IMG/VR virus record: IMGVR_UViG_3300051212_000701
Span: 1 to 64,000 of that record
DNA: 64,000 nt
Direction: 5' to 3' (one strand)
Source: a virus
A model generated the notes under the pieces. The model had not been told where the DNA came from. It made no database searches and saw only the letters and a program-made list of their open reading frames with translations. Shown piece by piece: positions 25,428 to 34,611 of this stretch. Position 1 is the stretch's first letter. Each line of letters opens with the position of its first letter. A program made the position numbers and the translations under genes.

Positions 25428-28400
25428 TTTATTTCCTTTATCATTAGGGTTCCATCGTCCAACTTGGACAGAACAGCCCTACAATTCATACCCTCTCGCA
25501 TTTTTGCAAGGGACATCTTATACATACTTGGGAAAGCAATTGCACGTGTAAGATCTTTATCTTTATTAGACAAAATAATATGGCTCATTGTTTTGCCAGC
25601 CTTTGTCACATAAGGAGTAAAGTTTACCACAAAATACTCGTCTTCCGCAAGGTCATACTGCTTTCTATATAAATAATCTACAAATATATCTTTTGAGTTT
25701 GGATCTACATCAGATACTTTTATATATCTAGCAATTCTATTATCGCCTACTAAAACAAAATACATCTGTCCTGTTTCTATTTGAGTTTGCTCATTATGAA
25801 AAAGACCTATAGATCCTGTTTCATCTACAAGTTCTACTCTTGCCCAACCGTTTCCTCTTTTAATTGATTTAACCATTCCAAACATTACGAAAGAACCTAG
25901 GTCGTCAAACTCTTCGATTGGTCTGGCTTGAGCTTTGATCCTTGGAGGTATTCCTTCCAAATTAAATGTAGGTATACCTAAATATTCATAATAATTATCT
26001 TTTTCGTTACCAGTTCTTTTGTTATCATCAAATGCTGCTGCGCCAATTGCATTCAATGCTGATACTGCTCTACTGTTAATTCCACTGCCCTTCTTAGAAG
26101 CCTTGTCTATAAAATCTGAATAATTTTTAAACGGCCTTAGAGCAAGTATTTTATTTGCAATGCTGTCAGATATAAACTTAATTTCTGCTAATCCAAAAAC
26201 AATCCTGTCTTCTTTTAAAGAAAAATATAGATCTGATTCGTTTATATGAGGCAAAGAAACACGAAGACCCAATCTTTTTGCTTCAATTAAGTATTCTGTT
26301 CTGGCGTCTTTATCATTTTCGTTTTTAAGAATTGAAAACATGAACTCAAGAGGATAATACTTCTTAAGCCAAGCAGTGTAATAAGATAGAAGGGAGTAAG
26401 CAACAGCATGACTACGATTAAAGGAATAGCCAGCGTGAGCCTCAAACATATGCCAAAGCGTCTCTGCTTGTTTCTTAGAAATGTGTTTTGAAGCCCCATC
26501 AATAAACTTATCCTTGAACTGGTCAAATTCTTTTGCATCTTTCTTTTTACCAATGATCTTGCGAACCTTATCAGCTTCAGACCAAGTCATCCCTCCTAAG
26601 TGTACGCAGGCTTGCATAACCTGCTCTTGATATATAATAACACCATATGTATTTTCGGTAAAAGGACGCATAATAGGATGAATATACTGTACTGCTTCTT
26701 CCCCATGCTTTCTCTTAATATATGAAGACCCCACAGTATTCATAGCTCCTGGCCTAACCAACGCATTTGATGCTGCTAAATCTTCAAACTTATCTACTCC
26801 CATTTTAATCAGGAGATTAGTATATGGGGTTGCTTCTGCTTGAAAAATACCCTTTGTATATCCATCGCTTAATGTTTTATATACAGAATCATCATCTAGT
26901 TTTAGTAAAGACAGGTCTATGTCTTTACCAGTTCTTTGCTTAATAGACTTTAATGTATCTGATATAACGGATAATGTTTTTAATCCAAGGGCATCTAACT
27001 TTATAAGACCTATATCTGCAACTGTATCCATGTCATATGCCACAACTGGAATTCTTCCAGACACTTTGTCCTGTGCGTCTTCACGAGATTCAATTGGAGC
27101 GTATTTTCTAATATCATCTTTAGCTACAACAACTCCTGCGGCGTGTACTCCAACTGATCTAATGCGACCTCTTAGTCTTTCAGCAAGCCACGTCACTTCT
27201 GGGTACTTCATTCTAAATTCTTTTGTGTTTGGAGACTCAAGATAATCTTCAAACGTATCAACCTGCTTTAAGGCACGGTTAACATCAGACAATGGCACCA
27301 TAAATACACGAGCAGCATCACGAATAACCCCTTTATCCTTAAAATAAGTAAATGTAGAAATAGATGCAACGTGCTTAAACTTTTTCTTAAGATAATCTTT
27401 TACTTCTTTGCGTCGACGATCTTCAAAGTCTGTATCAATATCAGGAAAATCATTACGCTCAGGATTAATAAAACGGAAAAATAGCAAATCATATTTAATT
27501 GGATCTACATCTGTAATTCCTAGGGCATAGCAGACTAGAGAGCCTGCTGCCGATCCACGGCCTGGGCCAACCATTATGCCTTCAGTCTTAGCCCAGTTAA
27601 TCATATCTGCTACTACCAGAAAGTAACTAGCAAAGTTTTTAGACTTAATAACTGATAGCTCTTCCTCTAAACGGGCCCTGTAGACCTCATCAGAAGCCTT
27701 CTGAAGCCTCTCTAAGCCCTTTTCAGCCAACTCTTGTAGTCTCTTATCAGCATCAGTTTTAGGAACTGGCAAAAGGTCTAATCCTCGATTAAAATCATAT
27801 TCTTCTACCTTATTTGAAATTTCAATTGTATTTTCAAATATATCGGCTCTATTTATGCCAGCCTTTTTAAAATCAGACTCAATTTCTTCTCGTGACTGAA
27901 TAAATAAATTATAATTTTGAAACGATATCTTTCTATCTGGATATAGATAATTTAATCTTTCTCCAATATCTTTAATATTTCTAGACATATCTATGTCTGC
28001 ATCTTTATCCATTTTAGGGGATGTAGATAAAATAAGCATAGCTTCTTCTAGAACTCTATCCTCTTCATTAGCAAAATGAGCATCGCCAGTAGCAACCGCC
28101 TTAATTTTTAATTCGTCTGCTAACTCTAAAAGTTTTTCATTTATTTCTTTTGGATTGTGAGATTGGACCTCAACGTAAAAGTCTTTGCCAAAAGTTTTAG
28201 CAAAATCTTTGAGTATAAGTTTTGCTTCTGAGAATTCCTGTTTTTCAATAGCCTTACTAACAATACCATTAAGGCATCCACTAAGTACAATAATGCCTTC
28301 CGCATATTCTTTTAATATCTCTCTATCAATACGTGGCTTATGATAAAAGCCTTCGTTCCATGCTAGCTCTTGTAGTGCATGGATATTGTCTAATCCTTTT

Positions 28401-28693
28401 TGATTTTTTGCAAGCAAGATTATATGATTATATGCTTGAATTGATTTATCTGTTTTTGATGACCTGTCAAATCTATCTGTTGGAGACAGATATGCCTCAA
28501 CTCCAAGTATAGGTTTTACTCCTAGATCCCTGCATGCTATCTGCATTTCTCTATGTGAAGATAAAGTGCCATGGTCTGTTATGGCTATTGCTGTTTGTCC
28601 AGCATCTTTTGCTGCTTGTACGAGTTCGGCAGGAGAGTTAAGCCCATCCATGAGAGAATAATATGAATGCACATGAAGATGTGTAAATGACAT
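25424..28693 (-). CDS. dnaE: DNA polymerase III alpha subunit
   Basis: PHP HLHVHS/TDHG, GRGSAAGSLV, PDIDTDF, YSFNRSHA; no intein visible. Confidence 0.97.
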   Translation of the reverse strand: MSFTHLHVHSYYSLMDGLNSPAELVQAAKDAGQTAIAITDHGTLSSHREMQIACRDLGVKPILGVEAYLSPTDRFDRSSKTDKSIQAYNHIILLAKNQKGLDNIHALQELAWNEGFYHKPRIDREILKEYAEGIIVLSGCLNGIVSKAIEKQEFSEAKLILKDFAKTFGKDFYVEVQSHNPKEINEKLLELADELKIKAVATGDAHFANEEDRVLEEAMLILSTSPKMDKDADIDMSRNIKDIGERLNYLYPDRKISFQNYNLFIQSREEIESDFKKAGINRADIFENTIEISNKVEEYDFNRGLDLLPVPKTDADKRLQELAEKGLERLQKASDEVYRARLEEELSVIKSKNFASYFLVVADMINWAKTEGIMVGPGRGSAAGSLVCYALGITDVDPIKYDLLFFRFINPERNDFPDIDTDFEDRRRKEVKDYLKKKFKHVASISTFTYFKDKGVIRDAARVFMVPLSDVNRALKQVDTFEDYLESPNTKEFRMKYPEVTWLAERLRGRIRSVGVHAAGVVVAKDDIRKYAPIESREDAQDKVSGRIPVVAYDMDTVADIGLIKLDALGLKTLSVISDTLKSIKQRTGKDIDLSLLKLDDDSVYKTLSDGYTKGIFQAEATPYTNLLIKMGVDKFEDLAASNALVRPGAMNTVGSSYIKRKHGEEAVQYIHPIMRPFTENTYGVIIYQEQVMQACVHLGGMTWSEADKVRKIIGKKKDAKEFDQFKDKFIDGASKHISKKQAETLWHMFEAHAGYSFNRSHAVAYSLLSYYTAWLKKYYPLEFMFSILKNENDKDARTEYLIEAKRLGLRVSLPHINESDLYFSLKEDRIVFGLAEIKFISDSIANKILALRPFKNYSDFIDKASKKGSGINSRAVSALNAIGAAAFDDNKRTGNEKDNYYEYLGIPTFNLEGIPPRIKAQARPIEEFDDLGSFVMFGMVKSIKRGNGWARVELVDETGSIGLFHNEQTQIETGQMYFVLVGDNRIARYIKVSDVDPNSKDIFVDYLYRKQYDLAEDEYFVVNFTPYVTKAGKTMSHIILSNKDKDLTRAIAFPSMYKMSLAKMREGMNCRAVLSKLDDGTLMIKEIK

Positions 28694-28714
28694 TAACTCT
28701 CCGCCTCTACTCTA

Positions 28715-29386
28715 TTACCAGTCTACGCTGCTGCTAGATGCAGTAGTTTCGTCTGACTGTCCGCCTTCACCCATGTAAAAGGCTTCTTGTTCTGCATAAG
28801 GTACATGTCGTACTGCAGTTTTTTCTAGGTCATACAATTCTAGAGATGAGAAATCAAATGGTGACTCATCTTTTGCTAGAGGGATAATTGTATAACTTGT
28901 GTCTGTCTTAGAACCATTACGCTTGATTCTCCACATCAAGTTTGTAATGCTTCCCATTTCGCCAGCGTATTCAATTAAGGTAGGTGTAATTGTTTTGCCG
29001 CTAGTTCCTTGTGATAGGATTGCAACATACGGATCATTCTTTCCGTCATCAACTAGTACGTTGATATATAGGCGAGTTCTTGCCTTCCAACCAGCCTTTG
29101 GATCCTTGCGATGTTGTTCGTGAGCCCAATCTCGTCCTTCAGTCTCCATTGTATCAAGAGCCTTGCGACGGTAATCTTTTGGGTTTGTGTGCTCTAGTGC
29201 GATAAAACCGCATCCAAGCTTATCATTATAGTTTGGTGAATCTGGATCAAGCTCCTGTAGGAACCTAATTTTTACGCTTTCGCCGTCTTCAATCTTAAGC
29301 CAGCGACCTTTGTTTTCTTCTCCGCCTGAATACACAGGCTTATCAAGTGCTTTGTTGAGGTCCTTTAGACCCTTTACTATGCTCAT
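28715..29386 (-). CDS. single-stranded DNA-binding protein (gp32-like)
   Basis: Position in replication module, KIRFLQE, RNG..TDTSY, acidic tail ending DW. Confidence 0.75.
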   Translation of the reverse strand: MSIVKGLKDLNKALDKPVYSGGEENKGRWLKIEDGESVKIRFLQELDPDSPNYNDKLGCGFIALEHTNPKDYRRKALDTMETEGRDWAHEQHRKDPKAGWKARTRLYINVLVDDGKNDPYVAILSQGTSGKTITPTLIEYAGEMGSITNLMWRIKRNGSKTDTSYTIIPLAKDESPFDFSSLELYDLEKTAVRHVPYAEQEAFYMGEGGQSDETTASSSSVDW

Positions 29387-29436
29387 TATTTCTCCTTTAT
29401 AGTTGACGGTATAGATCCGTCTGTATTTTCATTATA

Positions 29437-30435
29437 TCATGAGTTCCAGGATCTGTATTCAATGTCGGATACAGAATTTTTTATACAGGTCTTTATTTCT
29501 TCATCAGTCATATCACCTGCATCTTTTGCTTGATGAGGATATATCTTACCATATTCGTAAGAAGCCCACAAGATGTCTTTAAATTTTAATCTTTCAGTAA
29601 TGCTTTTACCTAGCTCTCTGCCTGCCTGGTCTGCATCTGTCATAATAATAATTTTATTAAAATGTCTATTTAATATATTCTGCTGGTCTACAGACAGGAA
29701 TCCACCTAGTGTGGCTACAACATTAGGAAATCCTGCTTGATGAATTCTAATTGCATCAAAATTTGACTCAACAACTATAACCTGATCACCAATCTTTTTT
29801 GCTCTGTGTATATTAAATAAAGTTTTGCTCTTTGCAAGATTAGTACTATTTTTAAATGACTTGCCCTCAATAGATCTTCCAACTAGTCCTATAGGGGTTC
29901 CGTCTGGACTGTGAACTGGTGTTGTTACCATGTTCATATTGCTAGAATATCCTAGATTAAAGTAATCAATAGAATCTTGATTAATACCTCTTGAATTTAA
30001 ATAAGCAATTGCTTCATTGCTTACCTTTATATTGTTGTGTAACTTATCAAGAGTTTCTTGTGAAAACTCATCGAACTCTGGCTTCTCTTCAAATAGATTA
30101 GACATGATGTCATCAAAGTTATTTAAAACTTCTGTTTCTTGTGCGGATATAAATCTCATTGCTTCAAAGTCATTTTTATGTAACACTCTTCTTACCAGCT
30201 CAATTAGTGTGCCTGACTCTCCGCATGAAGGATTAAAGCATAGCCAAGCACCTGTGCTTTTATTAATGCAGCAAGAAGCTGTGTGTCTGTTGGAATGAAA
30301 TGGGCAGTAGAACATAACCTCATTACCTGGTTCCGCCGTAATATCAAGACCTAATCCCTTTATGATTGATTTGATATGGTTGGGCGCATACTGCGTGGAA
30401 TCAATTTTCCTTGCGTTATACCCTCTGACTGCCAT
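29437..30435 (-). CDS. dnaG: DNA primase (CHC2 Zn finger + TOPRIM)
   Basis: CPFH..C..C, VVES.FDA, DADQAG; start uncertain. Confidence 0.9.
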   Translation of the reverse strand: MAVRGYNARKIDSTQYAPNHIKSIIKGLGLDITAEPGNEVMFYCPFHSNRHTASCCINKSTGAWLCFNPSCGESGTLIELVRRVLHKNDFEAMRFISAQETEVLNNFDDIMSNLFEEKPEFDEFSQETLDKLHNNIKVSNEAIAYLNSRGINQDSIDYFNLGYSSNMNMVTTPVHSPDGTPIGLVGRSIEGKSFKNSTNLAKSKTLFNIHRAKKIGDQVIVVESNFDAIRIHQAGFPNVVATLGGFLSVDQQNILNRHFNKIIIMTDADQAGRELGKSITERLKFKDILWASYEYGKIYPHQAKDAGDMTDEEIKTCIKNSVSDIEYRSWNS

Positions 30436-30662
30436 GCCTTTTTCTTTCCTACGTATACTCCGTAAAGTGTCATTAAGAACACCCACGTTTGACCATCGAA
30501 TTCTACAGAAAAGTTAGTGTCTATGTCAAGAACCCTTGCATAGCCTTTGCCTCTCATGTCATGAGTTAACAAGTTTTCATATTGATACTTTAATCTTGGG
30601 ATTCCAGCATCGTCATCGAACTCAACTCTTACTTGAAATCTTTTGATCTGCTTGTGATTCAT
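30360..30662 (-). CDS. hypothetical protein
   Basis: ORF track, between helicase and primase. Confidence 0.7.
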   Translation of the reverse strand: MNHKQIKRFQVRVEFDDDAGIPRLKYQYENLLTHDMRGKGYARVLDIDTNFSVEFDGQTWVFLMTLYGVYVGKKKAWQSEGITQGKLIPRSMRPTISNQS

Positions 30663-31887
30663 TTTGGAATGGATTCTCGTAAATTTCTTTTACAATGCCT
30701 CGATTAATATCCCAATCTAAATAGAAATTAAAATCATGACCATGTCTATTTTTTCTAGAAACAATTTCAATCATATTTGTTTGTGGGTATCTATGCACAG
30801 CAAGTGCCATATCTGCATCGTACTCGATAGCCTTTGACCAAGCAACTTGACTCATCATTGGCGGATTGTCCTGGTCCGATATATCGTCTGCCGTTGCAGC
30901 GGTAATGTCGATAATCGGAATATTATTTGACACAGCAAGCATCTTGAATTCACGAGAAACATTTCTATTTCTTTCAACTTCAGAATTGCTGCGCTTATTA
31001 TCGTTAAATAATTGATGATAATCTAAAATAACTAAATCTGGCTTATGCTGATCTATCTTTCCTTGTATTGTTGCAGGAGTTACTTCTGCAGCACCTTCAT
31101 TTGAAACAAGAACAAAGCTATTTTTTCCCTCAAACTTTTTATTACCCCATGATCTGAAATCGTCAATGTTAATATCTCCTTTAGACAAATCTGAGGCACG
31201 GAATATTCCAGATCCTAACATTGTAAAGATACGGTCACGCATATTTTCAGGAGACATTTCAAGAGAAACAATCATTGGCTTGAAGCCTTGCTCCCATGCT
31301 TTACATGCTAAATATGATGTAAACCATGTCTTACCACGACCTGGCCAACCAATAGCAACAATTAAATGTCCAGGGGCCATTCCTGTAGGATATGCTTTAT
31401 CTATAGCGCTAAATCCAGTAAGGATTCCTGGGGCACCGCCCATTACAGATGAACGCTCTTTAACTGCCTCATAATGTCTAGCGGCATTCTCTACGTCAAT
31501 GATGTCTAAGTCACGAACATTATTTGTAAAACGACTTAAGTTAGCAAGGTCGCTTTGCATTTGTGCAAGTACTCTAGAAGCAGCATCTTCTTTTAATGCT
31601 GAACCCCCACGTATAATAATAGACTTTAATTTGCCAGAGATGTATTCGTTTTTAAGTTGATCTAAATAGTATCCAGTTTCTGCTTTAACTTCTGTAGGTT
31701 CAAAATCTTTATGACGCTCAACTAAAACGCCTGCTTCTGGTACAGCTTTAAACTTATAATAGTATGACTTCAAGCTTTCCCAAATATCTCTATGGGAAAT
31801 AAATAGCTCGTCTACATTTTCGGCAAGTAGTGTGCTGATATCTTTATTTTTACATACAGCAGATATAACAGTTGCTTCTATATTCAC
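30622..31887 (-). CDS. dnaB: DnaB-like replicative helicase
   Basis: GWPGRGKT, SLEM, ILDYHQL, IEYDAD, KNRHG. Confidence 0.95.
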   Translation of the reverse strand: MNIEATVISAVCKNKDISTLLAENVDELFISHRDIWESLKSYYYKFKAVPEAGVLVERHKDFEPTEVKAETGYYLDQLKNEYISGKLKSIIIRGGSALKEDAASRVLAQMQSDLANLSRFTNNVRDLDIIDVENAARHYEAVKERSSVMGGAPGILTGFSAIDKAYPTGMAPGHLIVAIGWPGRGKTWFTSYLACKAWEQGFKPMIVSLEMSPENMRDRIFTMLGSGIFRASDLSKGDINIDDFRSWGNKKFEGKNSFVLVSNEGAAEVTPATIQGKIDQHKPDLVILDYHQLFNDNKRSNSEVERNRNVSREFKMLAVSNNIPIIDITAATADDISDQDNPPMMSQVAWSKAIEYDADMALAVHRYPQTNMIEIVSRKNRHGHDFNFYLDWDINRGIVKEIYENPFQNESQADQKISSKS

Positions 31888-32201
31888 TCTTCGCCCTCAA
31901 CCATTCTTCTTGTTTGATCCAGCAGTATGCTGCGATTAATCTTGTCTTTTTCAATCTCTTTGTGCAATACATCTATCTTGTCAAAATTATTATAGAAGAA
32001 ATTTAAAGGATGGCCTAGCTTGTTAGTAGAAAAATAATAAACAAGCAGCTCCTTAGCACGGTCATATCCTACACTATCTATGACGTCTTGCATAGCCCAC
32101 TTTTCACGAAACTTATTAATGCGTGGTTTCTTGTCATACTTTTCTTTGTATAAATTCTCATACACCCCAATAAGTACGTAGGGAGCTCTCTCATTTGCCA
32201 C
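31884..32201 (-). CDS. hypothetical protein (replication module)
   Basis: ORF track. Confidence 0.7.
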   Translation of the reverse strand: MANERAPYVLIGVYENLYKEKYDKKPRINKFREKWAMQDVIDSVGYDRAKELLVYYFSTNKLGHPLNFFYNNFDKIDVLHKEIEKDKINRSILLDQTRRMVEGEE

Positions 32202-32394
32202 GCTTTAGCTCTTCCTCTACCTCTCGTGTTTTCTGCACAAGCTTATCTTCTACAAACTTATAAACACGCTCTGTTGCTAAATCAACATTTTCTCCAGCCC
32301 TGACATCGTCTTCTACGCCTATGCCAATCTTTATGCTTTCGTAGTTACCCAAGTTTCTAGTAAAAGACAAATCAACCTTTACCTTCGTTGTCAC
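32191..32394 (-). CDS. conserved phage protein (NLGNYES motif)
   Basis: TRNLGNYESIKI. Confidence 0.75.
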   Translation of the reverse strand: MTTKVKVDLSFTRNLGNYESIKIGIGVEDDVRAGENVDLATERVYKFVEDKLVQKTREVEEELKRGK

Positions 32395-32501
32395 TTGTGT
32401 TCCGCCTTTCTATGTCTTGAGAGCGCATCGTGTCCAAATATTCCCCAGCGCAATTCTATTTCTTTACTGCATATACTACATACAACAACTCTGCTAGCCA
32501 T
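32391..32501 (-). CDS. C2H2-like Zn finger miniprotein (36 aa)
   Basis: Manual ORF MASRVVVCSICSKEIELRWGIFGHDALSRHRKAEHK. Confidence 0.6.
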   Translation of the reverse strand: MASRVVVCSICSKEIELRWGIFGHDALSRHRKAEHK

Positions 32502-32983
32502 TATTCCGCCTTCCATACTGGTACAAAACCGTTATCGGTCTTAGTATACAATATAATGTTGTGTTTGAAAAGACCTAATAATTCTGCCTTAGAAGGTATA
32601 TTGCTTGAATGTCCAGCATCTAATATATATTGGTGTATGTCCAATATGTCCGATTCGCTAAACAAATATTTAGACCAATTTTTATTATCTGGATTACTAA
32701 TTGAATATATCTTTTTAGGCTGGCGCACCTTGCCTTCAAGAATATAATCTTCAATTGTAATCCTATGTTTGTTTAACATAGAAGAAACTTCAGATATAGA
32801 ATATGCTTTTGACATATTTTTTTCAACCTGAGAATATGAATACAGAACTCTTTTTTTGCTTTCATAGTGCCAGGCAATAACTTCATCTTTAGACCTTGAT
32901 GCCTTAAGAACTTTATGTATTTGATCGTTTAAGAAGAAATACCGTAGTTCTTTGAGTTTTGATTTTCTACGTTTTCTAGCCAT
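32501..32983 (-). CDS. MerR-like HTH DNA-binding protein
   Basis: YSISEVSSMLNKHRITIEDY. Confidence 0.7.
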   Translation of the reverse strand: MARKRRKSKLKELRYFFLNDQIHKVLKASRSKDEVIAWHYESKKRVLYSYSQVEKNMSKAYSISEVSSMLNKHRITIEDYILEGKVRQPKKIYSISNPDNKNWSKYLFSESDILDIHQYILDAGHSSNIPSKAELLGLFKHNIILYTKTDNGFVPVWKAE

Positions 32984-33117
32984 CTGCCAAAAGCACTCGT
33001 TTCTTTATTAATCATATTTCTTTTGCCACATAGTATGCAAAACAACTCAACATGTAGTTTTTGAGAAAAAACTCTATCAACAAAAACTCTTCCATTACAT
33101 TTACCACAAGTCATCAT
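32929..33117 (-). CDS. Zn-ribbon protein
   Basis: CGKCNG...CILCG. Confidence 0.75.
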   Translation of the reverse strand: MMTCGKCNGRVFVDRVFSQKLHVELFCILCGKRNMINKETSAFGRWLENVENQNSKNYGISS

Positions 33118-33917
33118 AGCTTAAATAACTTCCCATCTACCACACAAGAATAATCTGGTGATACGTGGATCATCTGAATGTGTGGATATTCTCCATTTTC
33201 AATATGAGCAATAGCAAAACCTTTTTGCCAGTCGTGGTGCTGAGTATACTTCATTCCTGGACCCTTTTCATCACACATATGTCCAATCTCATAGCCTCTT
33301 AATGTTTCACCATTACCGTTATTTCTTAGCTCATAAGTTACCATGTGTGAAGCAATTCTATGGGAGTGACCACGAATTAAAGATACCTGCATGTCTTCCA
33401 TATCTTTTCTAACTGATCCTGTAGCAGAAATTGAAATTCCATGATGGACATGGATATCTCCAAATCTACGTTTAGGTAAAGAGTCGTAATATATATATTC
33501 ATAGCCTAAAGAATCAAGAGACCAGAGAGCTTCTGGAGTTACCTCGTTAATATAATCTGGCAACTTAGAATCTACATAGTTAAAGATTCTTACATCGTGA
33601 TTACCTAAAGCTGAAAAAAGTTGAGCGTCTGGAAGCATGTCTCTTGTTTTAGCATAAAAATCTCTTGCACCTTTTGCTTCATGACGCATTGTCGGAACAA
33701 TTAAATCTTTACTGTCTGTCTTATGAAGATTTAAAAATTCTGCTGAACGACCTTCAGTATATTTGCTATAGCATGCCTGATCGTCAGTGTCGCCCAGATA
33801 ATCTACAACATCTGGCTTAAACCATTTCATTACCTTAAACCATAGTTCGATCATCTTGTCATCTTGATATGGAAATTGCTGATCAGATGATAGCATCCAT
33901 TTTAAATCGTTTGTCAT
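33114..33917 (-). CDS. calcineurin-like metallophosphoesterase
   Basis: SDQQ, LGDTDD, GNHD, HHG, GHSHR; likely start MTND. Confidence 0.88.
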   Translation of the reverse strand: MTNDLKWMLSSDQQFPYQDDKMIELWFKVMKWFKPDVVDYLGDTDDQACYSKYTEGRSAEFLNLHKTDSKDLIVPTMRHEAKGARDFYAKTRDMLPDAQLFSALGNHDVRIFNYVDSKLPDYINEVTPEALWSLDSLGYEYIYYDSLPKRRFGDIHVHHGISISATGSVRKDMEDMQVSLIRGHSHRIASHMVTYELRNNGNGETLRGYEIGHMCDEKGPGMKYTQHHDWQKGFAIAHIENGEYPHIQMIHVSPDYSCVVDGKLFKL

Positions 33918-33934
33918 TAAATACCTTAATACGT

Positions 33935-33997
33935 AAAAAGTCGCAGGCATGCGACTTTATGTTACAGTAATTGTAACATAATGTTTTGGATTGTCAA
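33935..33997 (-). promoter_or_regulatory. replication-module promoter with palindrome and terminator-like hairpin
   Basis: TTGACA-16-TACAAT; TATGTTACA/TGTAACATA; AAAGTCGCA/TGCGACTTT+TT. Confidence 0.65.
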
Positions 33998-34000
33998 TAC

Positions 34001-34459
34001 CTATTCTGTTAAACTTGCAGTATTTCCTGAAGCAGTCCAATGGATCTTGGCTGTTGTAACAGACTTAGTTCCTTTTGGAGCTCTGCATACTATATTAAAC
34101 TTATCTTTACTTGCGTTAATAATATACGGAGTATACAAAGCCACGTCTGCGGATGCAGCATATTCAATAGTAACATTAATTGTTGGTGTCTCAATAAATC
34201 CTATTGTAGAAAAGTTTACTGAAAAAGACTTCATGTCTGTTTTTAAAGTCTTGCCAGCAATGATCCCGCCAATTGTTGTGTTTAATCCCTTTGCCTCAAT
34301 TACCTTTCCACCATTAATTGTTGTGCTTTCAATTTTAACTGGAGTAACAGTTTCGCCTTTAGCAATAATATTAATATTCTCAACAATTTTACGCAAGACG
34401 TCAGCTGTTACTGGATCACCATCTCCGATGGTTACTGGTGTTAGGTTATTAAAGGCCAT
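34001..34459 (-). CDS. small tail-associated protein
   Basis: End of tail module; F.ETPTINVT..HWTASG resembles fibre tip folds. Confidence 0.55.
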   Translation of the reverse strand: MAFNNLTPVTIGDGDPVTADVLRKIVENINIIAKGETVTPVKIESTTINGGKVIEAKGLNTTIGGIIAGKTLKTDMKSFSVNFSTIGFIETPTINVTIEYAASADVALYTPYIINASKDKFNIVCRAPKGTKSVTTAKIHWTASGNTASLTE

Positions 34460-34461
34460 TT

Positions 34462-34611
34462 TTACTCCTCAGTTTTTTTTAATGAATTTAATTCATCATT
34501 AAGCGTTGTAATTTCTGCTCGCAAGACAGCAGACATTGTCTCATATTGTGAGACAATTTCGCCAATTCTTTGCTGTAAAGCGGCTATGATTAAATCAGTT
34601 TTTTCTGTCAT
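34462..34611 (-). CDS. coiled-coil protein (49 aa)
   Basis: Manual ORF MTEKTDLIIAALQQRIGE... Confidence 0.65.
   Translation of the reverse strand: MTEKTDLIIAALQQRIGEIVSQYETMSAVLRAEITTLNDELNSLKKTEE

Noticed and set aside
18093-31887. Inteins or introns in TerL, RecA, DnaE, DnaB
   Set aside because: Normal lengths, contiguous motifs, no splice signatures
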